Positions 11,230 through 24,800 of a stretch of 64,000 bases of DNA are shown here, one piece after another (positions within the stretch are counted from its first letter, which is position 1; every line of letters begins with the position of its first letter). The position numbers and the translations under genes are program-made. The stretch spans positions 60,452,001 through 60,516,000 of the forward strand of contig NC_087437.1 in the NCBI RefSeq assembly GCF_036321535.1, given 5' to 3'. Source of the stretch: Camelus dromedarius (taxonomy: Eukaryota). The notes under the pieces were generated by a model. The model did not search any database, was not told where the DNA came from, and saw nothing but the letters and a program-made list of their open reading frames with translations.

Positions 11230-14099
11230 ACCATTGATATATAATTCATTTTATAAAGGGCATACAAATGAACGACAAGCAAAATAGTTTACATATAAAA
11301 CTACTGAAACTATGGAATTACATAATAGTTACTTAGGAGTTGGACCAAAAAAGTTGCTATTGTGTTGTACTAAAATAGAATTTTATTAAAAACTCTATTT
11401 GCAGTTGATCCTGCAAGGCCATTTAAAATTTTATCTTCCTCCCATTTGGTTCAGATCACTTGTGTACATTGACAAATGACTTGGTTTTTATTTCTTTCAG
11501 ACCTCTTCCCATTACTTACTTTTGCTTTTTCATTACCTTTGTATTTCTTTGTAAATGTAGACATTAGGTCAGAGATCTTAGCTTTTATTACTCCTGTTCT
11601 GGGATATTAACGTGTCATTTTCCCATTCCGTGTTACTTTTTTCACTGATGAGTTGGAAATTCTATATATTCACGTCTTTTGTTGTAACTATTGGAATTCA
11701 TCTTACAGGATAAAATGCAACAGGACTGAGAAAGAATGTTAGACATAGAGTTTACTTGATGCTAGATATATTTTTCTGTTTCATCTACGGACTCGTGGCT
11801 GGCAGTTTTATTTTATAGCACCAAAGGATTTTTGTATATTGTTAAAAAAACAAAGTAGATTAATGAAATTTCATAATTTATTGAGCATATGCTGTATACC
11901 TATGAATATATATGTATGATAGTGTTTTATTCCATGATTGATAAATAGAATCAGTGGTTACCAGGTACCTATCTCTCTACTGTCAGAAATATTCTTTTCA
12001 AAGATTTGATAGCAAGATTAACTTTGAATCTAATTCCTTATAACCATGATGCATGATACTTTTAGCAATTTAGAGTTTATTAAATACAATTTTACTAATT
12101 TGAAAGTAACTACTCTGATTTAATATCACACCAAATATTCTCTATAAATAAAAGATAATTTAACTTTATAGATTCACTTAAATTGTTCATGTATTTGAGA
12201 TATTTGTGTTCATTACTAAGATTTTGTGTCAGATTCTACTGTAATATGTGGAACTTAGTAGGAAGTAATCAATGTTTTTTAAGATGTTAAGGAAGTCAAG
12301 TGATTATAAACTTACACAAGACTCCCAGCTTCTAGGATAGGGCTTGCTGTATACTTGGTGCATAGTGAATTATTTATGGAATTGATTAATTAATTTCCAT
12401 TTCAGTCACATGGAACCTTGTTAGCTTATGGCACCTAATCTGAACTCTCTTGGGTACCTACGTTTATTTAATCCATTCTGTTGCCATGATAAGTGCCTTT
12501 AATTCCTCACAGTAGCCATTTCTTCCTCCACTTCCCTTTTCTTCCCCTCCGTTCATCATATTTTCCTTAAGCCACACAAATCCCTCATGTACCTGATTTC
12601 CTCACCCCTTTGAATCTTCATTCTGTGATGATAACCATGCAGCTTACAAACTATCTCTAATTTTTGTCATTTCGCTGTATCCCCAAAAGTTTACATTGTG
12701 AGATTTTTTGTTTGTTTTCGGTGTTAAGTTAAAATGAGTTTCTTGTGAATTATTTTACTTTGGTGTAAGTTTTTCTATTTTGGGCTTCATACTAATGTTC
12801 TTAATTTTGAATAGTCATTATAATATAGAAAATGTGGTCTACTTATTATCATGCCTATTCTTGCATTTAGGATCATATGTTGCCAATCTGCCCTGTCCTG
12901 TTTAGTGCAGCTCTTTTGCAGCTCTTTTGCAATCTTAAGACCAATTTTGATGTTCAGCAGGGTTTTGAAGAACTCTAGCATTGTACTTCTAGGCTTTGCT
13001 ACTTGATTATCTCCTTGGTGATGTCAGTATTTATTAATGAGAATGGCAGTAATATTAACTTTGAACAGCTGTAATGTGGTGGGTCACATTGAATGTGTAT
13101 TTAGCATCTGTTTCCATATTTTGAACTATTTCAAAATCCCTAACACGGATCATTATAAATATTCAAATAGGACCTCCCCCTCTGCCAGACAATTGACGTG
13201 TCACATTAAGCTGAAAACAGCAAAATTCTCTTCCTAGGAGTGAATGGAACAGACATGATGACTTACCATAATTGAAGTAGAACAATGAAATTTTAACAAG
13301 AGTGACATTAGTCACATGAATTGAATAATACACTTTTTAGAGGAAAAACTCTGTTGTAGTTAAAATACAGGAAAACACTGTTCAGGTAAATGCCTAGTGT
13401 TCAGATGCCAGAAAAATAAATAGGCTAAATTTGTATAAAAAGAATACTATTTGTCCTAAAAGGTTTATTTTGTAATTGTTTATAATTCTGGATTATAAAG
13501 GATTTAGTTTTTAGAGCTATGCACTGGGTATGTTGTCCCCAAAATGAAGATAATAGCATCAACGTCATTGAGTTAATTGTATTAAATGGTTAAATTTATG
13601 TAACATATTTAGAACACAGCATGGCAGCTATTATTATTTTGTTATATTATTATTTTATTTTTATATTGTTTAATTTTAATAGTCTTTGGACAGATTCAGA
13701 TTAGATAGGAATAATAGTACCTGGGATAGTGTAGTTCATCCAATCATTCAGTAAATAGTGTTGACTGAATAAGTGCAAACTATACTTTTTAAAGAATCAC
13801 ATATCTCAACACCTTCAATAGCAGGATTTAAGGGAGGGGCCCCAAAGAGCACCTCAAATTGTTGGTGAGACTGCCAATTATTCCCTAACCTTGACTCCTC
13901 TGCTAACACTTCCTTATGTAAATGCTAAACCAGTCAGTAGTAGGCAACTAAGTTTAACTGATTATCCACCTTTTACCAAGCTCCCCACGCATACCATTAG
14001 GACTAGATTTATACTCTTCATCTCTTTAACCTTAATCACTCCAAAAAGTCTTAAGCTTTCCAGATTACTCTTACTTATTTCCTTATCCATGTTTAACTC

Positions 14100-16440
14100 T
14101 GGTATATTGCTAATCTGTTTTGAACTCCCATCCCAGTTTTTCTAACTGTGCCCTTTGAAATTCCCAGTTTGTCATCAGTAAAATATCCTTTATCCTTTAA
14201 CTCTTCTTTGATGGTTCATCTCACTGTTTTTCTTTCATAGAAACCTGGCGTTCCCTTGAGAACACTGTTTTTTTCTATACCCTCACAAAAAAGTGAATTT
14301 TTTATCTGTCACGCCCCATACACTTTGGAACCAACATATGGAATTGATGTCTTCCTTGCTTATTATTGATATTTATAGATAATTGTACCTCCTCTCTTTT
14401 AAAAATGTAGATATCATCTGACAGACAGTATATTTAATTCCCCTCCTTGTCTATAGTTACGTGCATCTTTCCTAATCACTTCTACTCAATGATTTGAAAC
14501 ACCTGGTATATTATCTTTTCTCTGCCTACTATTCATGTAATCATTCTTACTGATTTTCAATATCCTGGTGTGATCCATCCAAAATCTTGACTTCTCAGTT
14601 CTTTGATCTCCTTACCTCTAGGGTTTTTTTCTTTCACTTGAGTGACCTGCTTAAGTAGTTTTATTCAAGATGTCATTACCATTAACTTGTACCACTTATA
14701 CAATCTCAGTTGCAAGCATTTTAAACTGACTAGCACTCCCTTTCTTTTGAGCTCAGTTCCTTTTTTTTTTTTTTTAACCCTCTGAACACTTCCAGTCCAA
14801 CTTTTTATTATCTATCACTTCTCTTGTGCTCTTAACTTCCCTCCTTGCCTTGTTCAAATTCCTTGGTCCAGACTGTAAACTCTGCCTTTCATAATCTTAA
14901 CTCTCTTGCTCCTCTGTGACTTCATTGATAAGATCCAACTGTGGTTAGTTGCAACTCTGTCTCCTTCACATCAGCTCCAAAGCTGCACATTAAACTTCTG
15001 ATATCTGTTTCCTGGCCCTCATTCTCAATTGATGGTCTTATTGTGTATTTCAGCTTTTTAAAATAAATGATCCACCTGTGTTCTTAAATCTCACCCTTCA
15101 CTTCTGTACTAGATCTCAGTCCTTTTGACTATTCAGAGACGTCTGAAATTCTCTCTTCTCTTCATTGCATTATCTGTCTTTCCCTCTATACTGGATTATT
15201 CCCATCAGCATACATACGCACTATAATACCTCCCATTAAAATAACCAACCAAAAAAACCTCTTGGAGTATAGACTGTCATATCCAGTGGTCAGTTTTCAG
15301 TCTTCAGTCTTCATTTTACTTGACCCCACAAGCAGCTTTTTACGCAACTGACTGGTCCTCCTTTACATTTTTTTCTCCTTTAACTCTTGAATACCATTCT
15401 TCTGATATTCTTCCAGCCTCACTTTCCTTTGCAGTAGCCTCTTCCTCTTCTTACCAGTAATTGTTAGAGTAACTCAGGGCACCAATCCTTTAAATTCTCT
15501 CTTTTTATACTCACATTTCAGGTGATCTCATCCAATCATGTGCCTTTAAATGACATCAGTATTTATGTCTTTAGTCCAGAGCTAATCCCTGTATAGTAGA
15601 ATTGTATATTTAGCTTTCCTACTTGGTATCTCCACTTGGATTGAGTATCTGAAAGTTAACATGTCAGAAACAGAGTTTCTAATTTTGTTGCCCAGCCCCA
15701 TCTTATTCACTCAGTGTGCTAGTCATTGAGATGCTGAAGATTGAAAACTCTTGGAATCATCTTCTCTTCCTTTTTTGTTCGCTCCACACGCAATTTAATA
15801 GCAAATTCTGTTGGTTTTGTGTTTAGAATATATTTATGACCTGACCATTTCTCGTGTCTTCTACAGCTGCTAATTCAGATTATTTAATTGGTTGCCTAAA
15901 TTACAGCAGTAGATATCTGACTGGTCACCCTGTCTCCATTCTTTACTCTCACAATCTGTTCTTCACCCAGCAGCTAGAGTCATCCTTACAGAATGTCACT
16001 TCATTTCAGTATCTTGATTTTACTCCTCCCATGGCCTCCAGTTCAATTTATAGTAAAATCCTTATTTACCATAGCCCAAAAGGCCCTTTATTGTCTAGCC
16101 CCTGGCAGTATCTCTAATCCCATTTCTCACTGTTCCCTCACTTACTTTGCTCCAGCTATATTGGCCTTGTTCCTGTTCCTCAAATACATCGAGCGTGTGG
16201 TTGTCTCAGAGCTTTAATCTTGCTGTTCATTCTGCCTGGAACATTCTTTCCTCAGATGTTCTCATGGTTCATTTCCTCATATCCTCCAGGTTTCTGCTCA
16301 TCTATTACCTTCTCAGAGGGCCTTCCTAGATTCTTATCTAAGGTAGGAGGCACTTCTTCACTCCAAACATCACTGGCTTTTTGCCTTTTTAAATATTTTT
16401 CCTCATGGCATTTAATACTGCCTGATTCTTTATTATTATA
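14100..16440 (+). mobile_element. Long decayed L2 LINE
   Basis: C/T-rich L2 hallmarks: ggattattcccatcagcatac, ggtgatctcatccaatcatg, atctccacttggat, gctgttcattctgcctggaacattct. Confidence 0.75.
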
Positions 16441-17392
16441 AATTTTTAATCTGTGTGAATTCTCTCTTAGACCTTCTTTGAAGCATATATCACACTTTAT
16501 CTAGTGTTACACTAATCCTCTAACTGATAATTCTTTTCTTATTTACCCTTGTGGAAAGAAATACCCATGGGGAGGTGAGGCAGGGAGAAAGGAGGAAAGA
16601 AACCATTCAGTTTCTTTATAACTAGGATGACTATGTAACTCATCAACCAAACTTGGAGTACTTTTGATGGAAAAGGGAACTATTAATAATTAAAGTGGGA
16701 CAACAGGCATAAATATAAGCTTCCCAGGGAAATAGAGGCATATGGTACATCATTTGTAACCCATTTCTCTTCTGACTGTTCCCAGCAGGCAGCAGGTCTG
16801 AATACTCACACCAAGACATTTGCACCTTAGACCAACATGGATTGGCCTAACCTTTTCATCTATACATATTTTAAGCATTTTAAACATTTGGCCTTATGCC
16901 TAATGATAGTTGTGTTTTGAAGTGATAGATCAAATATATATTTTTTTCTTCACCTGTAAGGAATGATATTGCTTATATTCAGCAGTATAATGCCTCTGTA
17001 TTAAACTAGAATATATAGGGAGTAAGTAGACAATTCTTTTAAAATACTTTGAAAATGCTGAGTCTGATAGTAGGATAGTTTCTTTGAGTATTTACTAATC
17101 AAGTAGTCAAATTTAGGATAAAAATTCTATTAATACTGGTTGTGAAATTCTGCCTCTTGGCAAAGTTTAATTTCCCACCCAAAAGGCCACTAATTTTGTA
17201 AGATTAATACCGTTACTCAAGATTTGGAAATTGTTTCCCTTGTCACCCAAAGAATACCTACTCAAAAGTTTGTTTAAATGGTGTTTGAGAAGCAGGCATT
17301 TGTACAGTCAGACACTTTAGAAAAGCATAAAGATGAACATTAAACAAAAAGTAATAGTTTACAATGGTTATATAAGCTTTTAAAAAACACCA

Positions 17393-18095
17393 AATTGACC
17401 ATACATCCAGCAGTTGTACTCCTTGGTGTTCACCCAAATGAGTTGAATACTAATGCCCACATGAAAACCTACACCCAGGTGTTTATAGCAGGTTTTTTCA
17501 TGATTGCCAAAACTTGGAAGCAACCAAGATGACCTTCAGTAGGTAAATGGATAGATAAACTGTGGTACAGCCAGACAATGAAATGTTATTCAGTATTTTA
17601 AAAAATAGAAAGATCTGGAGGAACTTTAAATGCATATTACTAAGTGAAAGACACCAATCTGAAAAGGCTACATACTGTATGCTTCCAACTATATGACATT
17701 GTGGAAAAGCAAAACTATGGAGACAATAAAAAGATTAGTGGTTGCCAAGGGTTAGAAAAGAGGGAGGGACAAATAGAGCACAGAGGATTTTTAGGCCAGT
17801 GACACTATTCTGTATGGTACTATAATGGTGGATACTTGACATGATAGATTTGTTCAAACCCCTAGAATATATAACACCAAGAGTGAACCCTAGTATAAGC
17901 TATGAACTTTGGGTAATAATGATGTGTCAGTGTACAGTGGTGTTCATCAACTGTACATTGTACAACTCAGGTGAGGAATGTTGATAATGGAGAGGCAATG
18001 CATGTGTGTGGACAGAAGGTATATGAGAACTATGTACTTTTTGCTCAGTTTTGCTGTGAACTTAAAACTGCTGTAAAAAATAAAGCCGATTAAAA
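17393..18095 (+). mobile_element. L1MC-like 3' end, sense
   Basis: ORF2 C-terminal text (ttgccaaaacttggaagcaaccaagatg...gataaactgtggtac), 3'UTR, and terminal AATAAA near 18079. Confidence 0.85.
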
Positions 18096-20025
18096 GAACA
18101 ACATTGATATTTTAAGGTGGATTAGATTGGCTGTAGTTCAAAGAACAAAATAAGTGAAATTTGTTATATAAGCTCTTTATAAATAAGAAGTGTGTTGCAT
18201 TCATCTTTGTAGCTTCTATATGGTGTCATGATTGTTAGACTATCCTTTTGTCAAGGACAAATAGGTAAAAAAAATTTCACAAGCTGCAATTTATATGTTA
18301 TATATATATATAGTTTTATATTTAACTTTTAAATAATATATTAATAATGGTGCTGAAAAATGGCCCACACACTCTGGGGTCAGGATAGGAGATTCAGTCT
18401 GCACATTTTTGCCCTTTGTTTATTTCAAGCAGTGTTTGTTTTCATGAAAATTACACTCCATACAGTAATCAACTGGGTAATGATTTGTTTAATACCAGCT
18501 GCTAAACCATAAACTTTACAAGAGCAGGTAGTACAGATGTATGTTTTCTTCTCTTGTATCCCCAGAACCTAGCATGGTGAATGCACATGATGACTGTTGA
18601 ATGAATGAATGTTAGTATATAACATTTATGTATATATATAATATTTTCATTTAATTTAGTGATGGCTGCAAGGAAGTTTGGAACTTCTAAATGTGATTTG
18701 GCCACTGTAAATTTCCCAAGCCATTTTTATATAGAAGTATGGCTTCAAAATTAGCAACTCTACATTATAGGATTATAAAATCATGTAATTCAAAACCCTC
18801 TGTGAAAAAAATTGAGGCATAGACATTCTTAGCATATGAAGAATTTAATTTCTTACTGTTAAAATCTGACTATCATTTTCTTTTAAAGATCTTTCACTAT
18901 GTCGTTCTTTGTACTTCCTGGCACTGTTATTTAAATAACATTTTCAGTCCTCCATTTTTATATCAAAATTTAGAATTTTGATAAAGGTAGAAATAGTTGT
19001 TAATACCATGTGGAGAACAGTAGCCTACAATTATCACCTTATTTAATAAACTTTAAATAAGCCAGCTGATGTGACAATTTTACAGGCACATGTGAATCAG
19101 TCAACAGAGGCTGGACCTATTTTGTGCAAGTGTAAACCAACTGGCTATGACATCTGGAAGTAGTGGTTTTAGGAGAAGCCTAAATACAACTTCTTCTGCC
19201 CCTAGATAAATTTATTTAAAAGATTTGTCCCCCTTACACCTTAACAGGAGCCCTGCATACTCATTCATTGTCCATGAGTAAACCCCAGTTTCATTCCTAT
19301 TTCTGAACAATATTTTCAGTATTTGTGAAATCTAATCTGTGACTATTGACTCAGCCAGCTCTGGAGAGTGAAGGAATTATTGTTATGACAGAATGAGACC
19401 AATTGATTGCCTTACAAAAGTTTTGTTGGTCCTGAGAAAAATAACTGGGGACTATAATCTGCAATTTGAATCAAAATGTATCCCAGTCTCATTTCTCTAC
19501 ATTTAACTCTGACTAATCTTGGTAGAACCATCTAATGTATCAGAGAATTATAAATTTGAAAAATAATCAGTTTGAAAGTATTTTGATAGATAAAGGGAAA
19601 ACAAACCAGGACGCATACCAACCTTAGGAATTAATAGCTTCAGTGATACTAAATACCATAACAGGATTTTGGAGGGGGAAAGAGAACAAATATATCACTT
19701 AAATCACTTTTTCCAAACTGAAAGGCTACATACAGTATAGATCCTAAAGTTTCAGTTGTAAGAACACAGCTTTATTATATAGACCTTTTTTGTAAAAATA
19801 TTTTAAAGAATTCTGATGAAACTTGAAATTCTCATACGTATTTGTTTTTTTAATTCTCACGTTCACTTTTTTAGGAAGGAGTTACTTATTTTTATTATAG
19901 ATTAAGCATTGCAACAAAATTTAATGAATTGCAGTTAGTAAAAACTAGCGTAGATGTCTTGAAGTCATATTCTGTTTTCTTCATGACCTAATCAGCATTT
20001 TTTTCTTCTTAAAAATCACCTAAAG

Positions 20026-20245
20026 CAGGAGTCAGCACACTATAGCCTGTAGGCCAAATCCAAACTGCCACCTGTTTTTATGAGTAAAGTTTTATTGGAA
20101 CACAGCCATGCCTATTTGAGTATTGCTTATGGCTACTTTCAGGCTACTTCGGCACAGTTGGGTAGTTACAACGGAAACTACATGGCCTGTAAAGTCTAAA
20201 ATATTTATTACCTAGCCTTTTTCAGAAAAAGTTTGCGAACCCTTG
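20026..20245. mobile_element. MER58A-like hAT DNA element
   Basis: Termini caggagtcagcacact / agtttgcgaacccttg, internal taaagttttattggaacacagccatg. Confidence 0.85.
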
Positions 20246-20354
20246 GTCTAAGAATTGGTGAAGTATTCTATTTCTTTTCTGGGATTGTTGCAGTAAAATG
20301 CAGTAGCAAAAATAAAGACAAGATAAAACTCTTTTTGAACTATTTTGAAGAGAG

Positions 20355-20590
20355 AGTGTAGTATAGTGGTTGAGCACACCATCTTTAGAGGATGATGGCC
20401 TGGATTGAAATCTCTGTTCTATTTATTAGCTGTGTCATCTTGGACAAATTACCTAAATTCTGAGTCTCTTTCTTCCATCTGCAGAAAACATGGATGAAAA
20501 TGTTATCTGCATCAAGATTTAGTGAGAATTAAATGAGAGAATCCATGTGAAGCCTTTATTATAATACCCGACATCAGTAAAGTACTTGTT
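20355..20590 (+). mobile_element. MIR SINE
   Basis: Core agctgtgtcatcttggacaaattacctaaattctgagtctctttcttccatctg ... gtgagaattaaatgaga. Confidence 0.75.
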
Positions 20591-21336
20591 GTCACCATCA
20601 TCATCATTATAGTCTTTATCACCACTTTTACTACCACCGTCATTCTTAGTCCCACAAAATATTCTGGCCTTTTAAGTGAGGGATCTGGAGATAAGGAGAA
20701 GCAACCTTATTAGAGAATGATAAAAAACTATATTTTAACAAGAATATTAGTAACCTTGACTGGGTCCAGCCAGGAAAACAGAAATCACAGTAATTATTTT
20801 AAGAGGTAAAATGTAATATTGGGAGGGGGGTGTTCAAAAGGAATTGGAGAACTGAAAAGGAAAAATAGGAACACCAAGGTAAAACATAGATACTAAAACA
20901 GGAAGCAGCTACCACTGGGTGGGACCTAGAGACCAAGTTGAGGCTAGTAGAACCCAAAAGTTTGGAGGAAGGGCACCACTGGTTTTAAATATCAGCTGGC
21001 AGTGAGATTTACTTCCTAATACAGTTTGAAAAGGAAAGAGATGAAAATCTTTTGAGCAAATTTTCTTGAATAAAACATGTTTTTTCAGATTAAAAAATAG
21101 ACAATTAGATATTGCTAGATAGACAACAACTTGAAACTGGCAATTTGGGGGGCATTTTTTTATTTTGAAACTTCTGTTCTAAGGTCATCAAATGGTAGAA
21201 ACACCTTTAACACCTTTTGATTGGTAGTGGCTACCCAAGCACACAGAATCTTTAGCATTATCTGCTGTGTATATAGCATGAAAGGGCGGAGAGGAATGGA
21301 CAGTATTCCCTGAGTCTCTTTTGGCAGTCACATGGT

Positions 21337-21850
21337 TTCATTCATCCAACAAATATGTATTAAATACTTCCTGTGTACTAGATACTGTTCTAGGCTCTGG
21401 GCATACAAGACTAAGTAGAACAAGAATTCCTGCTCTTATAAGAGCTTATATTAAAGGGGGAGACGACAGATGATAAACTAATTAACTAAAATATGTAGTA
21501 TGCTAGAGAAAAGGTAAAAAGAGAAGACAATAGGAAATGTGTCTATTTGTGCATATGAGGTAGGAGCAGGGGTGGGTTTAATAGGATAACTCAGAAGGGC
21601 TTCGACTGGAGGATGATACTTGAGTAAAGGTATGAAAGAAGTTACGGAATTGGGTCATGTAGATATCTGGGGCAAGAGCATTCTAGTCAGAGGAAAAGAC
21701 TCTGAGGCCAGAACATATTTAGAGTATTTGGAGAACAAAAGGGAGGTCAATGTGACTGAAAGGCTAAGTGGAAGCAGAATAGTAGAAGACGACTTCAGAA
21801 AGGTGACAGGGGCCTGAATCATTTGGGACTTGTACAAGAATGAATAGACT
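21337..21850 (-). mobile_element. L2 3' end, antisense
   Basis: ttcattcatccaacaaatatgtattaaatacttcctgtgtactagatactgttctagg is the reverse L2 tail, followed by a purine-rich body. Confidence 0.75.
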
Positions 21851-24800
21851 AGGGTAAATGTGTGATTACTAGCAACCATTAAGGGCCCATTTTAGGTTAG
21901 TAATTATGACGTCCATGGTCGTACCTGTTTCTATAGCCCTATTCTGATAAAACTAGGGGGAAAGCATATAAACTAGGGGGAAAGCATATTGCAGTTGGTA
22001 ATTTCATACCTATTTGTTAATTATGTAACCATATCTTTAAATCCAAGTTTTAGATCTCTGTTTAATTTAAATTTTTAGTGATTGTTGTCTCATCCTTCTA
22101 CCAATGCAAAGTGATCAGCTGAATGCTGATAGAATACCATCTTTTTATAATGAAGGGAAGATATACCTTAACTAAATAGCATGAATCTTGCAAGCAGAAA
22201 AAAATTGAAGAACTAGACGATCTGTCTGTGTGAACTAACAAATTTGCATCCATGTTTCTATACTAGGATTGTAAATCATTAGGTCTATTTTCCTATCTTC
22301 CCTTGTTATTTTAAATTCAAAGATTTGTATTTAATCCCTTAGTGATTTGTTTAGAAATATATCTAGTTTTATTGCTGTTTGCTTCTGAGATAATTATGAC
22401 ATGGATGTCATATGCAGCTGGTTCAAATAACATGTTTTGGGATTTATATGGAAGGTACCTGTTTGCAGTAACTGTGGCAAAAAGGGCATTTGGATCAAAT
22501 AAGAATCAGATCTAAGCAATGAAAAATACCTTTATTCTGAAGATACTGGATGCCTGTTGAGTACAGTGATTCCCAGTTTTGGTAAATCTACTGTGCTGTA
22601 TTTTAGCCTTCTATAAACGTGCAAAAGGCTTGCAGGTTTTTTTTTTTTTTTCCTGGTTTCTCTTTGCCTCTTAGGTAGCTTCTTTGACATTTATTCAGAG
22701 AAACATGTCTCATTATCACATAGTATATCTTTAAACAAAGGAATTTGGATTAAGAATATTTAACCGTGCCATACAAAAACAAAATAAGGTCCTTACTAGA
22801 CCAACAGTGGCATGGGGATAACTATTTTTCCTTGTTATACCTAAGATACTGATAACAAAAGATTTGCTAATTCATATATTTAACTTTCCCTAAATATGTT
22901 GTAAATTTATTTAGACCTTATTGAATCTTTATGTATGCTCTAAGCTCAATTTGCCCAATTCATGTAACATATTAATGTAAAATATAAACAGTTATTAATT
23001 GCATGTTAGTATGGTATCAGTTATCTTTTTTCAGTTTCATTTTATTCTATGATAATCTTTTTAATAAATAAGAAAATAAATGAGAAAAAGTTCAGAAAGC
23101 CTTGCAAATCTTTTATGAGTGGGTCTAGAATGATGTATAAAAGATAAATTTTTGTGGTCATGTGGGTGTTATTCTTAATAGTCCTTCTTCCTGACTTCCC
23201 ATCAGTCACCAGAAATACCAATTCTGCATTCAAAATTTATCTTTATTTGACTACTCATTGTCCATTTTCCTCATCAGCATCATTTGGTTAAAGCCACTGA
23301 TGACCTCTCAGCTGGATTATCATAGCAGCCCTCCTAATTGTCCCTTTTGTCTCTTCCTATATCAGTCAGGATTCATATGCACATATAAAGACCACTTTAG
23401 TTATTTTAAGCAGAAAAGAATTTAGTAAAGGTTAAGTGAATTCAATATATATGTATCTTCCTATTTATTGAATGCGTGGGTGTGAAAGAGGGTGGTACAT
23501 GGTCATAACTGTAGATATGCAGTACACATTAAGCATGTGGCTATACCTACTGAGACTTCAGACCTCTTTTTATGAAAATCTGTTTTAAAAGCTGATTTTA
23601 TAGTTTTAAGATCTTACATTAAATTTAAAATGTAAAGTTGTGAGTAAATAACAAGAATTTCTAAAATGAATCAGTTAAAACATTTTCCAGAAAGCTGTCA
23701 ATTTGATATTGGTATTTAAAAAGTGCTTTTAAAAATGTACAATCCAATTATATTACAGGAATTTACCATTTTCTGCAGTGTTCTTTGAGACAGTGTTAAT
23801 ACTATAGCCTCTGTTGTCATGGAAACAAGTCTCTGAAGGCAGCCTCAGAGGCTAATGATTCCATGGTGTTGCTATGGATAGAAACAGCTGAGACTGTTGT
23901 TAGTCACATGGTCAAGATTTTTAAAAAAGCAACAAAACTCTTTGGAGCTGATCTGAGTGATACAAATGGAGCAGGAAAAGGATGATGCCATAATAGTCAT
24001 ACTGTCTAATAAAATATGTATACAAGATTTTTCGAGTTTAAAATGCTTATGTTGAATTCTTCTTTTCTGTAATAACCCCAAATATAATGCTTACTGTGCA
24101 TTGCTGTCTCATTATTTATATTAGAGTCTAAAGTTTGTCATTTTCCAATTTAGAATCATTTTGTACAGCTACCCAGAATTCTCCCATGTTCTCAGTCCTG
24201 AGCTCATAATATCCTCTTGTCTCTTCATTTTACTCTGTTATTAGATCTAATGTCTGTGCTATTCCTCATCACTCAACCTTCATTTGATTATATATTATTT
24301 GTTTAGGGTGTTTTTTTTTTTATATGAATTAAATGAGTTATTTTGTTGTTCTGTAATACTTTGTTACCTAAATTGGTTCTTGAAATTGTGTGTGTTGTTA
24401 TGTATGTGTTTTTGAAGACCTTCTCAGCAGTGTTTGCCTTTGTTAGGGAAGAGGCAGAGGCATATGTTCTTTTTCAGAGTACTTGCTCAGTGCCATACAG
24501 AGTGGGGTAGATTGAAATGGTGTACTTTTTTTTTTTTAGGATTTTTTAAAAAATGGCATTCACATCCTCTAAAGGATCCTATTGAAAGGAGATTTAGAGT
24601 AGGCTCAGAGCCAGTGTTACAGTGAGGTTTAAATGTAGTATTAAAGAATTTATAGTCTATCATAAAGGGTTTTGGAGAGCAGCTGCCTAATGGAGGAAAT
24701 TTTTGTGCTTGGCCTTGAAATTTGACATAAGCATATAGGTTTGCCTTTTTTTATGTTAAAGTGGATTGTTAGCTAATATCTGACACTCTTAAAAAGGCAT

